A program made the translations under genes and the position numbers. A stretch of DNA of 50,267 nucleotides from a virus. Below are positions 28,959 through 36,787 of this stretch, piece by piece. The stretch spans positions 69,915 through 120,181 of IMG/VR virus record IMGVR_UViG_3300035670_012166, one strand, 5' to 3'. The notes under the pieces are model-generated. The model was given only the letters and a program-made list of their open reading frames with translations, did not search any database and was not told where the DNA came from. Within the stretch, counting starts at the first letter, position 1; the number at the start of each line of letters is the position of its first letter.

Positions 28959-29493
28959 CTTTTATATCCTGTTGATTCTTATCCACTTCAGCTACAACAT
29001 CAACACTTTCCCAATCATCAGCAAGTAAATCTAAATAAGTAGCTCCATAAGGTTGAGCAAATTTACCAATACCACGAGAAGGATGCCAACTTATACGCCT
29101 TATAGTTTTTCCAGCATACAAATCATCCAAAACTTCCTTGAAAGTTTTGTTTCGTACCACAATCCAATCTTCTGCAAATAAATCATCTACAGTGATTTTT
29201 GCATCTTGATTATTAGATTTTTGTGGTGGAAAAAGAACAAGACTTCGATTACCTTCTCTTGTCATTATCTTGCCTAAACCAAGCATTTTAAGAGCCCAAT
29301 TCATATCTCTCTTAAGCTCAATATTATTTGTCTTAAGAAAATCATCAAAGCTAGAACCAATATGTTTGTTCTCCACTGCGTATGGTAAATAATCTTCACC
29401 TGGATCAATATAATTGATAGCAGCTTTGTTCAATTTTGCTTTCTTGATCTCAATATCATAAAAATATTTTTGATTTTTAGGTAATTTATCCAT
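28945..29493 (-). CDS. Tandem Tad2/DUF2829-like protein with antitoxin-like insert
   Basis: Two repeats (ALKMLGLGKIMTR...DLFAEDW; FKEVLDDLYAGKTIRRISW...DLLADDW) preceded by NKHIGSSFDDFLK. Confidence 0.7.
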   Translation of the reverse strand: MDKLPKNQKYFYDIEIKKAKLNKAAINYIDPGEDYLPYAVENKHIGSSFDDFLKTNNIELKRDMNWALKMLGLGKIMTREGNRSLVLFPPQKSNNQDAKITVDDLFAEDWIVVRNKTFKEVLDDLYAGKTIRRISWHPSRGIGKFAQPYGATYLDLLADDWESVDVVAEVDKNQQDIKDGKF

Positions 29494-29514
29494 ATCTTAT
29501 AATACCATAAAAAA

Positions 29515-29614
29515 AATGAACTTGTAAGAATTTCTTACAAGTTCATTAAGATAAGTTATTCGATAATTTAGAATAACTTGATATACCATATTCGTGGTGT
29601 CACGAATATGGTAT
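29515..29614. terminator. Two adjacent inverted repeats
   Basis: AATGAACTTGTAAGAA-T-TTCTTACAAGTTCATT and ATACCATATTCGTG-GTGT-CACGAATATGGTAT downstream of the FN3 gene. Confidence 0.6.
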
Positions 29615-29617
29615 CAT

Positions 29618-32317
29618 TTACAATAATTTCACATCAGGAAAACTTGTCAATACTTCAAATCCCATATTGTCCCAGTGTCTTTCATCAGCAAAAGGTCTAA
29701 AGTTAATCCAATATGAGTTATCTGGTTGATAAGTTTTTTGTTCAAATACTTCTAATCCAGTGTGATAAATCAAGTGAGCAAAGTTGACATTTATTTCATC
29801 AAATGGGAAATCAACAGGCAATGAAGAATCAGCAACTAAATATCCATCTTCTGTAATAACAACCCTATTTTTAGAAACATATAAATCAAACTGTACTCTT
29901 CTATCTAATCCCTGCCAAGTTCTGTTCAAAGGATAATCTCTTCTTTCAACACTAGGTCTAAAAAATATTTCACCTTCATATTTACCTGACACTGAATTAA
30001 ATTTGGATCTGTAAATGATAGCACCTGAACGATTATCGCAATAAGCATCCATCAATTTGTTCAATGAATCTTTTGATGATTGCTTTGTCCACCAGTTTTC
30101 AGAAGTAAAGTTAATATCATCTATAAGTTTGAATGTTTCTGGTGTCCACTCATATTCAGCAGCACCACCAAATTCACCAAATCTAATCCAACCTGATCTT
30201 GGAGAATAACTAGATTCTAAATTGAATGCTGGAAACTTACTTCCATCAATAAATTTGGATGATAGTTTAGCGTTCAATTCACTGCCACTTTGAGTAATAG
30301 AATTAACTACAAATGTTCCAACCTTATATTCTGTCTTATAATCAACTCTTCTATAAGGTGTTGGATAGCTCCATATACTATTTCTATCAGCATACTTTAC
30401 TGGAATATTGTAAGATTTTCTAGAGCCATCAGCATTGTAGCCAGTATCAACATTTAAGTTATGAGAACCAGCACCAATTTGCCATCTGAATAATTTTCCA
30501 GATTTTGTGTTCATAGCAATTTTATCAGCTGCTTTACCTGAATAAACAGTTTCCCCAGCAGGTAATAAAAGAATATCACACCATCTTCTACTACTAAAAT
30601 GGGGATCAACTTCAAATGTAAGGTGAAGAACTTTGTCTCCAGCTATATTTGCAGTAGATTTAGGACTCATTAACATTACACCATTACTAACGTGTGGTGG
30701 AGCTGATGAAAGTCCAAGTGTTCCTCCATCATAAATTGTATCCATAAAGTGAGAGCCCATTAAGAATACAGTAGAAGAACTAGTATCAAGGTCGTCTAAA
30801 AAGAAAGACCATTTATCATTTTCATACCATCTTAATATAATGTCACTTCTATTCCAATATTGCCAACTAGGGCCACCAAATCTTTGAGTAACAATATCTA
30901 ATTTTTGAGGCATTTGAACAATAGGCTGGAAATCTCTGAAGTTGTCAAAGAAAACTTGTTCTCCAGATAATGTTCTTTGAATTGTATGTACTTTATATGG
31001 TGCTGACTTTGTAAGAACTATTGGATTATTGGATGGATCGCCATGGCCATTAATACCAGCATGAATTTCACCACTTGGGCCACTAGCACCAGGACCAACC
31101 ATGCCATCTATTTGTTGATAAGGACCAAATTTATCTAAAGCTTCTACAATTAAGTTGTATGATTGATTACTTACTAAACCATTCATCTCAACTATATTAT
31201 AGCCAGATGAATACTTGACTGAATTAGGATTTCCTTCAACGTAAACTCTATAATCAACAGCTCCTGGTACAAGATCAAACTTCACAACAACACTGTCATC
31301 ATTAGGGGTGAAACCAGTAATATTAACTGGTGTGCTAATAGATTGAGGTGGGCCAAATCTTGTTGAAACGTCTACTGCTGGTCCGAAAGTTTCTTGCTCT
31401 TGGAATCCATTTCTATTTACAGATGCAACAACATATCTGTAAGTTTTTCCTGATAAAACATTTGTATCAATAAAATATTGAGACCATAAGCCAGAAACAA
31501 TCTTTACACCATCTCTGTAAATATTGTAGCTATTTGCAGAGCTTTGATTATATGATTGTTGGTCTTGCCATTTTATAAAGTTTCTTGGTCTGTCATTATT
31601 CCATTCAGAAACAGCAACATACTTTCCAGGAGTTGCAGGAGGATTAGTTGTCCATCCAAAGTTATAATTAGGAGCATATTCACCTTTAGCAATAGCCAAA
31701 TTAGATGGGAATGATTCTAATCCATTTTTGTCAACAGCTGAAACTGTATATGTCCATCCATCTTGAAAAATAAATTTATCAATAGTGAATGAATTGGTAT
31801 TAGATGAACCTATTTTTGTGCTATATCTATAAATGTTATATGACACAGCATTTGGACTAGGATCCCAAACTAATTGATCATATGCACCATTATTCCATAA
31901 ACCAAATGTTCTTAAGTTTGTAGGAGCTTCAGGATTTTTAAGAACTAATAATGGAATTATTGCAGTGGACTTATTTGAGAATTGTAAATAACCTGATGGT
32001 ACAACACCGCAAACATAATAGTCCCATTTTTGCTGATACTTTACATTTCTATCGATGAAAATATTTTCATTATTTGTAAGTTTTGCATAAGGTTTATAAT
32101 AATCAGGCTTTACACCTTGGCCAACCCTATAAACAAAATATCTTGTGCATTTAGGAATCAAATCCCATCTTAATTTAACGTGATAATTAGATGGAGTACC
32201 CACGCAATAGCACAATTCTACTTGAGAAGAAAAATTTTTCACTTGCGGTGGTCTCTGAGCCAACGCACAAGAAATAATTGTGTACAAAAACACAAATAAA
32301 ACAATAGCTTTCTTCAT
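29618..32317 (-). CDS. Exported protein with signal peptide and fibronectin type III repeats
   Basis: MKKAIVLFVFLYTIISCALA signal peptide; repeated L.W....SYNIYR...YTVSAVD..G.ES FN3 motifs; beta-rich C-terminal domain; SD GGAGGT. Confidence 0.8.
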   Translation of the reverse strand: MKKAIVLFVFLYTIISCALAQRPPQVKNFSSQVELCYCVGTPSNYHVKLRWDLIPKCTRYFVYRVGQGVKPDYYKPYAKLTNNENIFIDRNVKYQQKWDYYVCGVVPSGYLQFSNKSTAIIPLLVLKNPEAPTNLRTFGLWNNGAYDQLVWDPSPNAVSYNIYRYSTKIGSSNTNSFTIDKFIFQDGWTYTVSAVDKNGLESFPSNLAIAKGEYAPNYNFGWTTNPPATPGKYVAVSEWNNDRPRNFIKWQDQQSYNQSSANSYNIYRDGVKIVSGLWSQYFIDTNVLSGKTYRYVVASVNRNGFQEQETFGPAVDVSTRFGPPQSISTPVNITGFTPNDDSVVVKFDLVPGAVDYRVYVEGNPNSVKYSSGYNIVEMNGLVSNQSYNLIVEALDKFGPYQQIDGMVGPGASGPSGEIHAGINGHGDPSNNPIVLTKSAPYKVHTIQRTLSGEQVFFDNFRDFQPIVQMPQKLDIVTQRFGGPSWQYWNRSDIILRWYENDKWSFFLDDLDTSSSTVFLMGSHFMDTIYDGGTLGLSSAPPHVSNGVMLMSPKSTANIAGDKVLHLTFEVDPHFSSRRWCDILLLPAGETVYSGKAADKIAMNTKSGKLFRWQIGAGSHNLNVDTGYNADGSRKSYNIPVKYADRNSIWSYPTPYRRVDYKTEYKVGTFVVNSITQSGSELNAKLSSKFIDGSKFPAFNLESSYSPRSGWIRFGEFGGAAEYEWTPETFKLIDDINFTSENWWTKQSSKDSLNKLMDAYCDNRSGAIIYRSKFNSVSGKYEGEIFFRPSVERRDYPLNRTWQGLDRRVQFDLYVSKNRVVITEDGYLVADSSLPVDFPFDEINVNFAHLIYHTGLEVFEQKTYQPDNSYWINFRPFADERHWDNMGFEVLTSFPDVKLL

Positions 32318-32387
32318 AACGCACCTCCCCAGGTTTATTTTTTAGTTGAGAGCTATTGTTTTATTCTTGATTTAATAGGGTGATACT

Positions 32388-32621
32388 TTATAAATTGTTG
32401 AATTCCACTTCTTCGTAAATCTCCCAAACAGGACCAGCATTATTCAAAATGTGCTGATGAAGTCTTATGAATTCTTCCCAATTGTAATAAAATTCATTGC
32501 CCATACTATCCATCAATTTATCTTCAAGCCGATAAATATAATAATCTTCAGGCCATTTACGAGACCTGACTTTTAAGTTTAATGAAATAAGAGGACGGGT
32601 AATTTGACTAAACAGTTTCAT
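32388..32621 (-). CDS. Divergent Tad2/DUF2829-like protein
   Basis: MKLFSQI...KVRSRKWPEDYYI...WEIYEE. Confidence 0.45.
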   Translation of the reverse strand: MKLFSQITRPLISLNLKVRSRKWPEDYYIYRLEDKLMDSMGNEFYYNWEEFIRLHQHILNNAGPVWEIYEEVEFNNL

Positions 32622-32666
32622 ATAAATTTCCAAAAAAATAGAGGAGGCTCTCACCTCCTCTATCCA

Positions 32667-33056
32667 TTAGTTCATAATCCAGGATTCAAAATCACTCTCA
32701 GGCTCATCTGATGGCTTTTCAACATTTGCTTTCTTTGAAACAATTCGAGCATTGTCTGCTAAAATCTCAAATGAATTCTTGTATAGTCCTGGTTCTTTAG
32801 AAGATGGATATTCAACAATTACATCAGCACCAATTACTTCAATTTGATCGCCAGATCCAAGATTCATACTTTTGACAAGATCCAAATTTTTCTTGAAAAA
32901 TTTGATATCAAAATAACCAGTCTTGTAATCAAAATCACCTTGGTCATTCTTGAATTGAACAGCTTTGTCAACTGCGATTCTGACAGTACAAACTGTCATC
33001 GATTTATTCCATGTTGGGGACTTTACTACATTCCCCTTCACTTGCGTTTTCTTCAT
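32667..33056 (-). CDS. ssb: Single-stranded DNA-binding protein
   Basis: KGNVVKSP, VRIAVD, TGYFDIKFF, GDQIEVIG, EILADN; acidic tail; likely start MKKTQ with AAGGA SD. Confidence 0.8.
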   Translation of the reverse strand: MKKTQVKGNVVKSPTWNKSMTVCTVRIAVDKAVQFKNDQGDFDYKTGYFDIKFFKKNLDLVKSMNLGSGDQIEVIGADVIVEYPSSKEPGLYKNSFEILADNARIVSKKANVEKPSDEPESDFESWIMN

Positions 33057-33129
33057 TTTCGTATCCTTGTAGTGATGTATTTCAATCACATCTAAATCAT
33101 ACACTGATAATGCATATTTGTCAACATCT

Positions 33130-33678
33130 TTATCTAGATTTTTCAATTAAGTATTTTAAGACCAAAGCAGCATTGTAAGCATCCCAATAAGGATCATGCT
33201 TTTCTCCAACAAACTTCATTCCCAACTCAGCCAAAGAACGTTGCAAACCATTATTGTGAGGCTTATTCATAATTAAGCTATAAAGTAAAGATATGTTTAA
33301 GTATTGATTGGAAAAAGGATGCTTACAATCTTTTTGCCTACATTCTGAATACATCTTTTCGCCATCAGTTCCCCAAGCAGCGCAAGGAAGATTTTTAGAA
33401 TCATACTGCTTCATAACTAATTTGCACATTTCTTCAAAATCATCACCTCTGTCAGCTTGTTCTTGGGTTATTCCAGTGATGCTAGTGCAATATTCAGATA
33501 TCTCACTCTTGACAGGTTTGCAGATTTTATTAAACCTACCAGAAATTTCTAATGATTTTACATCCAAAATACAAGCACCAAGAGCAATCACCTCACGATA
33601 CTTATATGCAAATTCTTTTCCTTCCCAGCAAGTAGTTTCTAAATCAAAAACGATAATCTTGTCTGCACTAAACTTCAT
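33130..33678 (-). CDS. DEDDh 3'-5' exonuclease (ERI-1/KapD-like)
   Basis: VFDLETTC, ISEYCTSITGITQ, WGTD, HDPYWDAYN. Confidence 0.88.
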   Translation of the reverse strand: MKFSADKIIVFDLETTCWEGKEFAYKYREVIALGACILDVKSLEISGRFNKICKPVKSEISEYCTSITGITQEQADRGDDFEEMCKLVMKQYDSKNLPCAAWGTDGEKMYSECRQKDCKHPFSNQYLNISLLYSLIMNKPHNNGLQRSLAELGMKFVGEKHDPYWDAYNAALVLKYLIEKSR

Positions 33679-33761
33679 AACTAATCTTTCTTAACAAAAT
33701 CTAAAAGAAATATATCACTAGAATCAGAATAATACAATAACACATAAGGAGAATAAAAATT

Positions 33762-33953
33762 ATGTCTATATTATCAAAGTTAATAAAGAAAGCTATTGGC
33801 GTTCCTGAAATAAACTTGAATAAACTTCCATTCACAAACAAAATTGTAAGTGATTGGGAAAAAGAATCAATGCAAAATTTAATCAAACAATTACCAAAAG
33901 ATACAATCTTAAGACTTATAGATGTTTGCAATGAAGAATTAGAAACTAGATAA
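33762..33953 (+). CDS. Hypothetical protein
   Basis: SD AAGGAG; 63 aa. Confidence 0.6.
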   Translation: MSILSKLIKKAIGVPEINLNKLPFTNKIVSDWEKESMQNLIKQLPKDTILRLIDVCNEELETR

Positions 33954-33973
33954 AACTTAAGTATAAGATAAGA

Positions 33974-34759
33974 ATGCACGAATACAAAAATTTAGACTGC
34001 CTTGAATATCTTAAAACACTCAAAGATGAATCTGTAGACCTTGTTCTCACTGACCCACCTTACTTTATTGGATTTGATGGTGGTAAAAATTGGGATAAAC
34101 AATGGAACTCAGATCAAGAATATCTAGATTGGTGCGAAAAATGGACCAAAGAATGCGCTAGAGTAATGAAACCTAACTCTATGCTATGTGTCTTTGGAAC
34201 ACTTAAATATGACAATTTCTTAAGATACAAATTAGAAATATTAAACAAACTCCCCAATTTCTTCCCTCAAAATGAAATTATCTGGTCTTATAATTGGGGA
34301 GGAAGATCTAAAACAAACTTTGCTAGAAAACACGAATTTATTTGGTGCTATTCTAAAGATAAAACTTTCACTTTTAATTCAGACAACATTAGAACAGAAA
34401 GAAAACAAAAAATTAATATTCGCACAGGTAAAGAATATGAACAAGGCACCATTCCAACCTGTGTATGGGAAAAGAATAATCATACAACAAGTAAAGAATA
34501 TTGTAATTGGCATCCTACACAAAAACCAATTTCAATATTAGAAAGATTCATTCTAGCTTACACAAATCAAGGAGATACAGTACTAGATATATTTAATGGT
34601 TCTGCATCTACAATGATTGCTTGTGAAAATTTAGGAAGAAATTTTAAAGGCTGCGAAGTTGACTCTGAATACTATGATCTTTCCTTAGCTAGATTTACTC
34701 AACTCACTGGTAAAGAATTTAAACCTGTCTTAACAAAACTTCCAGGCAAGCAACACTAA
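33974..34759 (+). CDS. DNA methyltransferase, N6-A/N4-C, beta class (orphan)
   Basis: LTDPPY, HPTQKP, VLDIFNGSAST; no cognate endonuclease adjacent. Confidence 0.92.
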   Translation: MHEYKNLDCLEYLKTLKDESVDLVLTDPPYFIGFDGGKNWDKQWNSDQEYLDWCEKWTKECARVMKPNSMLCVFGTLKYDNFLRYKLEILNKLPNFFPQNEIIWSYNWGGRSKTNFARKHEFIWCYSKDKTFTFNSDNIRTERKQKINIRTGKEYEQGTIPTCVWEKNNHTTSKEYCNWHPTQKPISILERFILAYTNQGDTVLDIFNGSASTMIACENLGRNFKGCEVDSEYYDLSLARFTQLTGKEFKPVLTKLPGKQH

Positions 34760-34836
34760 AACAAGGTATATTATCTATAGTGCATTGAAGCCCTATTCTT
34801 TTTTGAATAGGGCTTTTTTATTTGAAGGAGGGTAAT

Positions 34837-35067
34837 ATGAAAACTAACATTGAAAAAATATTTTTTTACTTTATGCTCATTGTGGTAAGTGGTAGTATCG
34901 GATATGCAATAAAACCAGAACCACAAAAAGAAAAAACTAACCCCACACAAATTAGAGAATGTGTGCAAGCTATACATATGATGCAAGATAAATCTAGCAA
35001 AAATTATTACACATCTAATGAGAAAACTAAAAAATTAGCAGCTATAGAAAGGATGATGAGAAATTGA
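34837..35067 (+). CDS. Small membrane-anchored protein
   Basis: SD AAGGAGG; N-terminal hydrophobic segment. Confidence 0.6.
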   Translation: MKTNIEKIFFYFMLIVVSGSIGYAIKPEPQKEKTNPTQIRECVQAIHMMQDKSSKNYYTSNEKTKKLAAIERMMRN

Positions 35068-35097
35068 CACTCCTTGACCTACAAATAAATCTATACC

Positions 35098-35127
35098 TTG
35101 ACAACCTCACAAATCCTAAGGTAAAAT
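35098..35127 (+). promoter_or_regulatory. Sigma70-type promoter TTGACA...GGTAAAAT
   Basis: Consensus -35 and near-consensus -10, with ATG 5 nt downstream. Confidence 0.65.
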
Positions 35128-35132
35128 AAATT

Positions 35133-35222
35133 ATGAAACAACAACGAAAACTAGTAGATCTAATCTTTGGACTCGTAGTAGTAATTGCAACAACGATTAT
35201 TCTAAAAGTAGCTTGCGATTAG
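35133..35222 (+). CDS. 29-aa single-TM peptide
   Basis: MKQQRKLVDLIFGLVVVIATTIILKVACD directly after a promoter. Confidence 0.45.
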   Translation: MKQQRKLVDLIFGLVVVIATTIILKVACD

Positions 35223-35251
35223 AATATTCTTTGGTATAATATAAATGATAG

Positions 35252-35534
35252 TCCTGGGTAACTTAATGGTAAAGTGCCAAGCTGTAGATTGATAGCAGCT
35301 TATTAAAGTAATTTAATATAGAAAATTGTCGAAATTCAGTGAAAGCTAAGTCGAAAGATATGCCAACACTGAGCCAAGCCTGAAAAAGGAAGGTGCAGAG
35401 ACTATAATGACAACATCCTACTAGGTATTGCTAAGGATGATGGTATAGTCCAGACTACAAACAGATTTATCTGGTAGTGAAAACTATAGTAGTAAGTAAC
35501 TTGGAGAGTGAAAGTTCGAGCCTTTCTCCAGGAG
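35252..35534 (+). tRNA. tRNA-Asn(GUU), intron-containing; exons 35252-35285 and 35497-35534
   Basis: Spliced cloverleaf: acceptor TCCTGGG/TCCAGGA, D stem ACTT/AAGT, anticodon stem CCAAG/CTTGG with loop CTGT|TAA, T arm GAAAG-TTCGAGC-CTTTC, G73; upstream TGGTATAAT. Confidence 0.9.
35286..35496 (+). ncRNA. Group I intron (211 nt, IC3-like, no ORF) at tRNA position 35/36
   Basis: P1 AAGCTGT/GCAGCTT with U-G at the splice site, P3 TTGTC/GACAA, CTGAGCCAAG, GGTGCAGAGACTA and TATAGTCC (P7), terminal G. Confidence 0.9.
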
Positions 35535-35538
35535 TCTA

Positions 35539-35566
35539 TAATCCCCATACAAAAGTATGGGGATTA
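35539..35566. terminator. Hairpin/terminator after tRNA-Asn
   Basis: TAATCCCCATAC-AAAA-GTATGGGGATTA. Confidence 0.65.
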
Positions 35567-35609
35567 ATTATTTGATATATATAAATCTTGATGGTATAGT
35601 AAAACATAT

Positions 35610-35681
35610 GGCCCGTTCGTCTAGTGGTCAGGATACGAGGTTTTCATCCTTGAGGCACGGTTTCGACTACCGTACGGGCTA
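35610..35681 (+). tRNA. tRNA-Glu(UUC)
   Basis: GGCCCGT/ACGGGCT acceptor, CGAGG-TTTTCAT-CCTTG anticodon arm, ACGGT-TTCGACT-ACCGT T arm; no encoded CCA. Confidence 0.9.
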
Positions 35682-35712
35682 TTTGTGGTATAATAAATTA
35701 GTTTGTAAATAT

Positions 35713-35783
35713 TCCCCGCTCGAATAATGGCAATTCAGCAGATTTTGGCTCTGTTTATCGAGGTTCAAATCCTTGGTGGGGAA
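35713..35783 (+). tRNA. tRNA-Gln(UUG)
   Basis: TCCCCGC/GTGGGGA acceptor, GAAT/ATTC D stem, GCAGA-TTTTGGC-TCTGT anticodon arm, CGAGG-TTCAAAT-CCTTG T arm. Confidence 0.9.
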
Positions 35784-35792
35784 CATTTGTTT

Positions 35793-35858
35793 GCTCCAGT
35801 AATTCAACGATAGAATGTCTTACTTGTAATAAGATTGCTTAGGTCCCTCCTAGTGCTC
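35793..35858 (+). pseudogene. Degenerate tRNA-Thr(UGU)
   Basis: 5' half intact (GCTCCAG, ATTC/GAAT, TCTTA-CTTGTAA-TAAGA) but no canonical T loop and no 3' acceptor strand. Confidence 0.65.
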
Positions 35859-35888
35859 TTTCCCCTTTTTATGTGATATAATAAAGTT

Positions 35889-36044
35889 ATGAACGAAACA
35901 ATCTTAATATCAATTTTATTTGCTTTAGTGGCAATAATGTTCGTCTTGATATTTATTGTAATTTTTCAGATTAAAAAAATCTTGAAGTCTTACGATAATA
36001 ATTTTGAAGCTTTGAATAAAAAGACAGCGAAATTGGTGGAATAA
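35889..36044 (+). CDS. 51-aa single-TM protein
   Basis: MNETILISILFALVAIMFVLIFIVIFQIKK...; TATAAT just upstream. Confidence 0.55.
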   Translation: MNETILISILFALVAIMFVLIFIVIFQIKKILKSYDNNFEALNKKTAKLVE

Positions 36045-36182
36045 ATGAATATCACAACAGCAACTTGGATTTCTTCTGGCATTATATTTGTTGCAATTAT
36101 GTCATTTTCTCTTTATTTGAATTATCGATTAGATAAGATGATAAAGATGCTTGACAGTATGATTATTGATAGACCAGAATAA
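36045..36182 (+). CDS. 45-aa single-TM protein
   Basis: MNITTATWISSGIIFVAIMSFSLYLNYRLDK...; abuts previous stop; followed by palindrome. Confidence 0.5.
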   Translation: MNITTATWISSGIIFVAIMSFSLYLNYRLDKMIKMLDSMIIDRPE

Positions 36183-36186
36183 TCTT

Positions 36187-36212
36187 TAAACCCATCGAAT
36201 TCGATGGGTTTA
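36187..36212. repeat. Perfect 26-bp palindrome (probable terminator)
   Basis: TAAACCCATCGAATTCGATGGGTTTA. Confidence 0.7.
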
Positions 36213-36234
36213 TTATTTTAAGGTAAAATATTGT

Positions 36235-36546
36235 ATGTCTGAGAAAGAATGGATAGAAAAGATTAAGCGTGAGTGTATCTTGAATATTGGTCATTTTGAC
36301 AAGAGATATGCAATACAGTTGATTGGAAGAAATGGAAGTAAGATTGGTATTGTTTCTCTCAATAAAAAATTTATGAATATAGATATTATTGATAAAGAAA
36401 AATACGAAAGATTTTATGATAAATTTTATTCTAGAAATGATAAAGATAAAAGAGAACCATTAAGGATTGATTATCATATAGAGCATAATATTGGCAAAAA
36501 TGGTTTTAATGAATTATGGAATTTTTATTATAAGAAAGTAAAGTAA
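36235..36546 (+). CDS. Hypothetical protein
   Basis: GGTAAAAT 5 nt before ATG. Confidence 0.65.
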   Translation: MSEKEWIEKIKRECILNIGHFDKRYAIQLIGRNGSKIGIVSLNKKFMNIDIIDKEKYERFYDKFYSRNDKDKREPLRIDYHIEHNIGKNGFNELWNFYYKKVK

Positions 36547-36761
36547 TGTTTATTTACAGTATCAAATCAAAAAATGGCAGTGTTGGTGGATCAAATAAAA
36601 ATTATGATGAAGCTATGAAAGAAGCTTTATCATTAGTGAAGATTGTTTTTCCTAAAGCTGTTTTAAGTGAGAAACTTAATGATTTGGTTGCTTCTCCTGA
36701 TTATTTAGTATATGAGAATGGGGAAGATAAAATATTTTTAGAAGTTAAGGAAGAGAAATAA
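36546..36761 (+). CDS. Hypothetical protein
   Basis: TAATG coupling; followed by a bidirectional terminator at about 36760-36788. Confidence 0.6.
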   Translation: MFIYSIKSKNGSVGGSNKNYDEAMKEALSLVKIVFPKAVLSEKLNDLVASPDYLVYENGEDKIFLEVKEEK

Positions 36762-36787
36762 AAAAGGGGAGAATTTTCTCCCCTTTT

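Noticed and set aside
33974-34759. Complete restriction-modification system
   Set aside because: No adjacent endonuclease; orphan methyltransferases are common in phages.
35286-35496. Intron-encoded homing endonuclease
   Set aside because: Both introns are only 211-231 nt with no ORF.
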